From Candidatus Methylomirabilota bacterium (lineage in GTDB: Bacteria > Methylomirabilota > Methylomirabilia > Rokubacteriales > CSP1-6), in contig JBKPAK010000124.1 in assembly GCA_046726415.1 (NCBI GenBank), positions 1-18,880 of the forward strand: a stretch of 18,880 nt of DNA. The letters are read 5' to 3'. Both the position numbers and the translations under genes were made by a program. Of this stretch, positions 15,920 through 18,880 are shown one piece after another. Position 1 is the first letter of the stretch, and every line of letters starts with the position of its first letter. The notes beneath the pieces were generated by a model. That model saw nothing but the letters and a program-made list of their open reading frames with translations. It was not told the origin of the DNA and ran no database searches.

Positions 15920-16030
15920 CCAGATCCCGCCGCCTCGCCGGGGGGAGGACGAGCCCGACAAGGAGCGAGCATCCAACGACCCGACGCAGAAAGGGTATCC
16001 GACGATCCCGACCGGGAGAGAGGACATCCG

Positions 16031-16816
16031 ATGGAGCTGGGACTCAAGGGCAAGAGCGCGCTGGTGACGGGCGCGAGCGAAGGCATCGGCATGGCCATCG
16101 CGCGGAAGCTGGCCGAAGAGGGGGTGAGCGTGGCCATCTGCGCCCGCAGCGCAGCGAAGCTGAAGGAGACCGCGGCCGAGATCACCCGGGCCACCGGGAT
16201 GAAGATCGCGCCGATCCCAGCGGACTTGCGAAGCCTGGCCGAGTGTCAGGGCTTTGTCGATCAGGCCGCCGAGCAGCTGGGCGGCATCGACATCTTGGTG
16301 AATAACGCCGGAGCCTCAGCCTTCGGGCCGTTCGTCGATCTGCCGGACGACGCCTTCGTCGACGCGATCAACGGCAAGCTCCTCGGCTACATTCGCTGCG
16401 CGAAGGCCGTCATCCCGCACATGCGACGGCGCGGCGGCGGCACGATCGTCAACATCACCGGTACCACCCAGCAAGCCATTCCCTTGCATACTCCGGGCAG
16501 CGCCTGCAACGCCGCCATTCGGATGTTCAGCAAGGAGATCTCCATGGAGCTGGGCCCGCTGAACATTCGGGTAAACAGCCTCGCGCCGGGTCGTATCCAG
16601 ACCGCCCGATCCGATCGGCTCCTGGCCGCCACCGCCGCCGCCCGGGGCACGTCGCCCACCGCCATGCTGAGCGAGCTCGTCAGGACGATCCCGTCGGGCC
16701 GGGTGGGCACCATCGACGACATCGCCGACGCGGTGTGCTTCCTCGTCTCCGAACGGGCCAGCTACGTCAATGGCGCCGCCTGGGTGGTCGACGGCAGCAA
16801 GTCAGTCGTGATCTGA
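16031..16816 (+). CDS. Short-chain dehydrogenase/reductase (SDR) with atypical active site
   Basis: TGASEGIG, DILVNNAG, IRVNSLAPG, FLVSERASYVNG...VDG. No YxxxK; the equivalent region reads HTPGSACNAAI. Confidence 0.92.
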   Translation: MELGLKGKSALVTGASEGIGMAIARKLAEEGVSVAICARSAAKLKETAAEITRATGMKIAPIPADLRSLAECQGFVDQAAEQLGGIDILVNNAGASAFGPFVDLPDDAFVDAINGKLLGYIRCAKAVIPHMRRRGGGTIVNITGTTQQAIPLHTPGSACNAAIRMFSKEISMELGPLNIRVNSLAPGRIQTARSDRLLAATAAARGTSPTAMLSELVRTIPSGRVGTIDDIADAVCFLVSERASYVNGAAWVVDGSKSVVI

Positions 16817-16865
16817 CGGGGCGCGGGGCGCCGATCGGCTCGGGGCGAACGATGAAGGACGCGAC

Positions 16866-17732
16866 GTGAGCGAGGGAATGGAGGGATCATTCCCAATCGT
16901 CCGACACCCCGTGCCGGGGAAGGGCACGCCGGTTCTGGTGAGCGTGCCCCACTACGGCACCCAGCCGTTGCCCCACATCTCACGCGAGGACTACGGCGAG
17001 CCCTGGTTTGAAACCTTCGCCTACGGATTTGCCGATACCTTCGTGGGCGATCTCTACAGCGACCTGCATGAGGACGGAGCCACCGTCCTGGCCACGCCCT
17101 TTTCGCGCATGTTCGTCGACGTCAATCGCCGCCGCGATGACTTCGAGCACCACGACGGCGAGGTACGGTCACGACGCGGGGTGGTGCGCACCCATACCAT
17201 GCGCGACGTGCCCATCTTTGCCCGCCCGCTGGGGCTCGCCGATCTCGAAGCGCGACTGCAGATGCTCTACGACCCCTACTACGCGGCCCTGGAACATCTG
17301 CTCGCCCAGCTCCGCGACACCTACGGGTACGCGATGCTCCTCGATGGCCACACCGGGAGCCCGCGCCGGATGAAGGACCATCAGGTGATCATCGGCACCC
17401 GCCACGATGCTACGTGTGCCCCGCAATTGGCGGCCACCGTGGCCGAGATTTTCACCCACCGCGGCTTCGAAGTGCACGAGAACATCAGTGGCTATGCCGG
17501 CGGCAATATCGTGGCCACGTTTGGTCAACCCCAGAGCCGGTGCGTCCACGCCATCCAGCTGGAGATCAACGCATCATTGCTGATGACGACCTCCCGCGAG
17601 GAGTTCATTGCTCACATCTCGCAGGGGGGAATCCCCGACAAGGCGGAAGAGAATATCGCGCGCGTTCGCCAGTGCCTCAGGGAGGTGCTGGCCGCCCTCC
17701 CCTCGGTCCTCGCCACCGTACACGACTCATAG
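16866..17732 (+). CDS. N-formylglutamate amidohydrolase family protein (HutG-like)
   Basis: VLVSVPHYG, SRMFVDVNR, YDPYY, LLDGHT, GYAGG and HAIQLEIN. Start is GTG 16866 or ATG 16878. Confidence 0.85.
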   Translation: MSEGMEGSFPIVRHPVPGKGTPVLVSVPHYGTQPLPHISREDYGEPWFETFAYGFADTFVGDLYSDLHEDGATVLATPFSRMFVDVNRRRDDFEHHDGEVRSRRGVVRTHTMRDVPIFARPLGLADLEARLQMLYDPYYAALEHLLAQLRDTYGYAMLLDGHTGSPRRMKDHQVIIGTRHDATCAPQLAATVAEIFTHRGFEVHENISGYAGGNIVATFGQPQSRCVHAIQLEINASLLMTTSREEFIAHISQGGIPDKAEENIARVRQCLREVLAALPSVLATVHDS

Positions 17733-17754
17733 CGCCGGGCTCACCAGCGCCGGC

Positions 17755-17781
17755 CGGGGGAAGCGCCGCGCGCTCCCCCCG
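17755..17781. terminator. GC-rich hairpin between convergent genes; possible bidirectional terminator
   Basis: CGGGGG-A-AGCGC-cgc-GCGCT-C-CCCCCG, lying between the stops at 17732 (+) and 17790 (-). Confidence 0.45.
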
Positions 17782-17789
17782 ACGGGGTT

Positions 17790-18880
17790 TCACATCAGGC
17801 CATAAAACCGTCCGGCGTTCTCGCAGACCATCTTCCGGGTGACGTCGAGAGGCAGGTGGGCGAACTGCTCGGCGATGTATTTCCCCGACTCCGGCCACAC
17901 GCCGTCGGGGTGGGGATAGTCGGATCCCCACATCAAGGTCTCGACACCCATCTCGTCGATCAGCTTGGTGCCCACCCGGTCGTACTGGAACGTCGCCTTG
18001 CACTGCCGGCGCCAGTACTCGCTCGGCTTCAGCTTGAGGGGGAGATCTTTGTACTGGTCCTCGTACTCGAAATCCATGCGGTCGAGCACGTACGGAATCC
18101 AGCCGATGCCGCTCTCGCCGAAGGCGATGCGGATGTTCGAATAGCGCTCGAAGACCGCTCTCCCCATCAGGGCGGTTAGGATGTTGGCCAGGGTCATCTG
18201 GAAGAGGCACAGGCTGCTATAGGCCAGCGCCCGCAAGGTGAGCCCGGTGTATTGCTCGCGGAGCTTCGGTGAGACCGACGGGAAGGTGTGGAAGTGCAGG
18301 GGCAGGCCCACTTCATCGATGGCCTGCCACAATGGCTCCCAGGTCGGATGCCACATCGGCTCCATGTCCCACGAGCACGACAGCTCGATGCCCTTGAAGC
18401 CCAGCTTGGCGACTCGATGGACCTCGGCCACCGCGGCCTCGATGTCGCCATAGGGAAGGCAGGCGAGACCGATGTGGCGGTCGGGATAGTGGCTGCAGAA
18501 GTCGTTCAGCCAGGTGTTGTAGATGCGCAGCATCTCGTTGGAGGCCTCGCGGTCGTTCAGCTTGGCCGCCGCGGCCAGGATGCCATAGATCACCTCGGCA
18601 TCGACGCCGTCGCGGTCCATTTCCTTGACGCGAAGATGCGGGTCGCCCGGGCGGCGAATGCCTTTCTTGCCGTCCTCGTAGAGGCCGGTGGCCGCCATCG
18701 CATCGACGCGCAGTTGCTTGCCCGGGACGTACTCGGTGCCCGACGCGCCGACGCCGCCTGCCAGGCCGAACGTGGCCCCGTTGTTGGCCACCCATCGCCG
18801 CCCCTCCGGACCGTCAGCGACATAGGGCATGCGGTCCTTCAGCTCCCTGGGCGCCTCGGAAACGAACAGCTCCGGGGGCA
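17790..18880 (-). CDS. Amidohydrolase family protein (amidohydro_2); 5' end lies outside the window
   Basis: The frame stays open upstream of the track's ATG 18830 (..PPELFVSEAPRELKDRMPYV). Motifs MDRDGVDAEVIYG, YNTWLNDFCS, FGESGIGW, WGSDYPH and ENAGRFYGL. Confidence 0.92.
   Translation of the reverse strand, partial: PPELFVSEAPRELKDRMPYVADGPEGRRWVANNGATFGLAGGVGASGTEYVPGKQLRVDAMAATGLYEDGKKGIRRPGDPHLRVKEMDRDGVDAEVIYGILAAAAKLNDREASNEMLRIYNTWLNDFCSHYPDRHIGLACLPYGDIEAAVAEVHRVAKLGFKGIELSCSWDMEPMWHPTWEPLWQAIDEVGLPLHFHTFPSVSPKLREQYTGLTLRALAYSSLCLFQMTLANILTALMGRAVFERYSNIRIAFGESGIGWIPYVLDRMDFEYEDQYKDLPLKLKPSEYWRRQCKATFQYDRVGTKLIDEMGVETLMWGSDYPHPDGVWPESGKYIAEQFAHLPLDVTRKMVCENAGRFYGLM

Noticed and set aside
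13274-16027. 917-aa minus-strand ORF
   Set aside because: Antisense shadow. The methyltransferase, LLM and peroxiredoxin genes all share one plus-strand frame, so their GC-rich codon bias leaves the opposite frame open. No recognisable domain.
6332-16816. Other TGA stops (VOC 6334, amidohydrolase 13521, LLM 15334, SDR 16816) as selenocysteine
   Set aside because: Each falls at the natural C-terminus of a complete domain, with no Cys-equivalent position or continued homology.

Overview
High-GC bacterial window with about 17 coding regions. The gene mix (several family-5 ABC substrate-binding proteins, two amidohydrolase_2 genes, two LLM-class flavin oxidoreductases) resembles Rokubacteria/Methylomirabilota-type soil MAGs; that taxonomy is an inference. 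Left to right: a partial Nramp/YcsG-like transporter (minus strand, missed by the ORF track); a decayed dppB::dppA chimeric pseudogene with three lesions; an RNase Z-like MBL hydrolase; an SBP; a VOC protein; a fused MNT-HEPN gene; two paralogous SBPs; a co-oriented plus-strand run (LLM, amidohydrolase, SAM methyltransferase, LLM, peroxiredoxin, SDR, N-formylglutamate amidohydrolase-like); and a partial convergent amidohydrolase. The main hidden feature is a BCP/PrxQ peroxiredoxin (15485-15919) whose peroxidatic Cys codon is an in-frame TGA, followed by a hairpin resembling the E. coli fdhF SECIS. It is very probably a selenoprotein, and the ORF track truncates it. Other oddities: an internal SD+ATG at the MNT/HEPN domain boundary, a degenerate Tat-like leader in frame with an SBP, non-canonical active-site motifs in three enzymes, and several short intergenic repeats.
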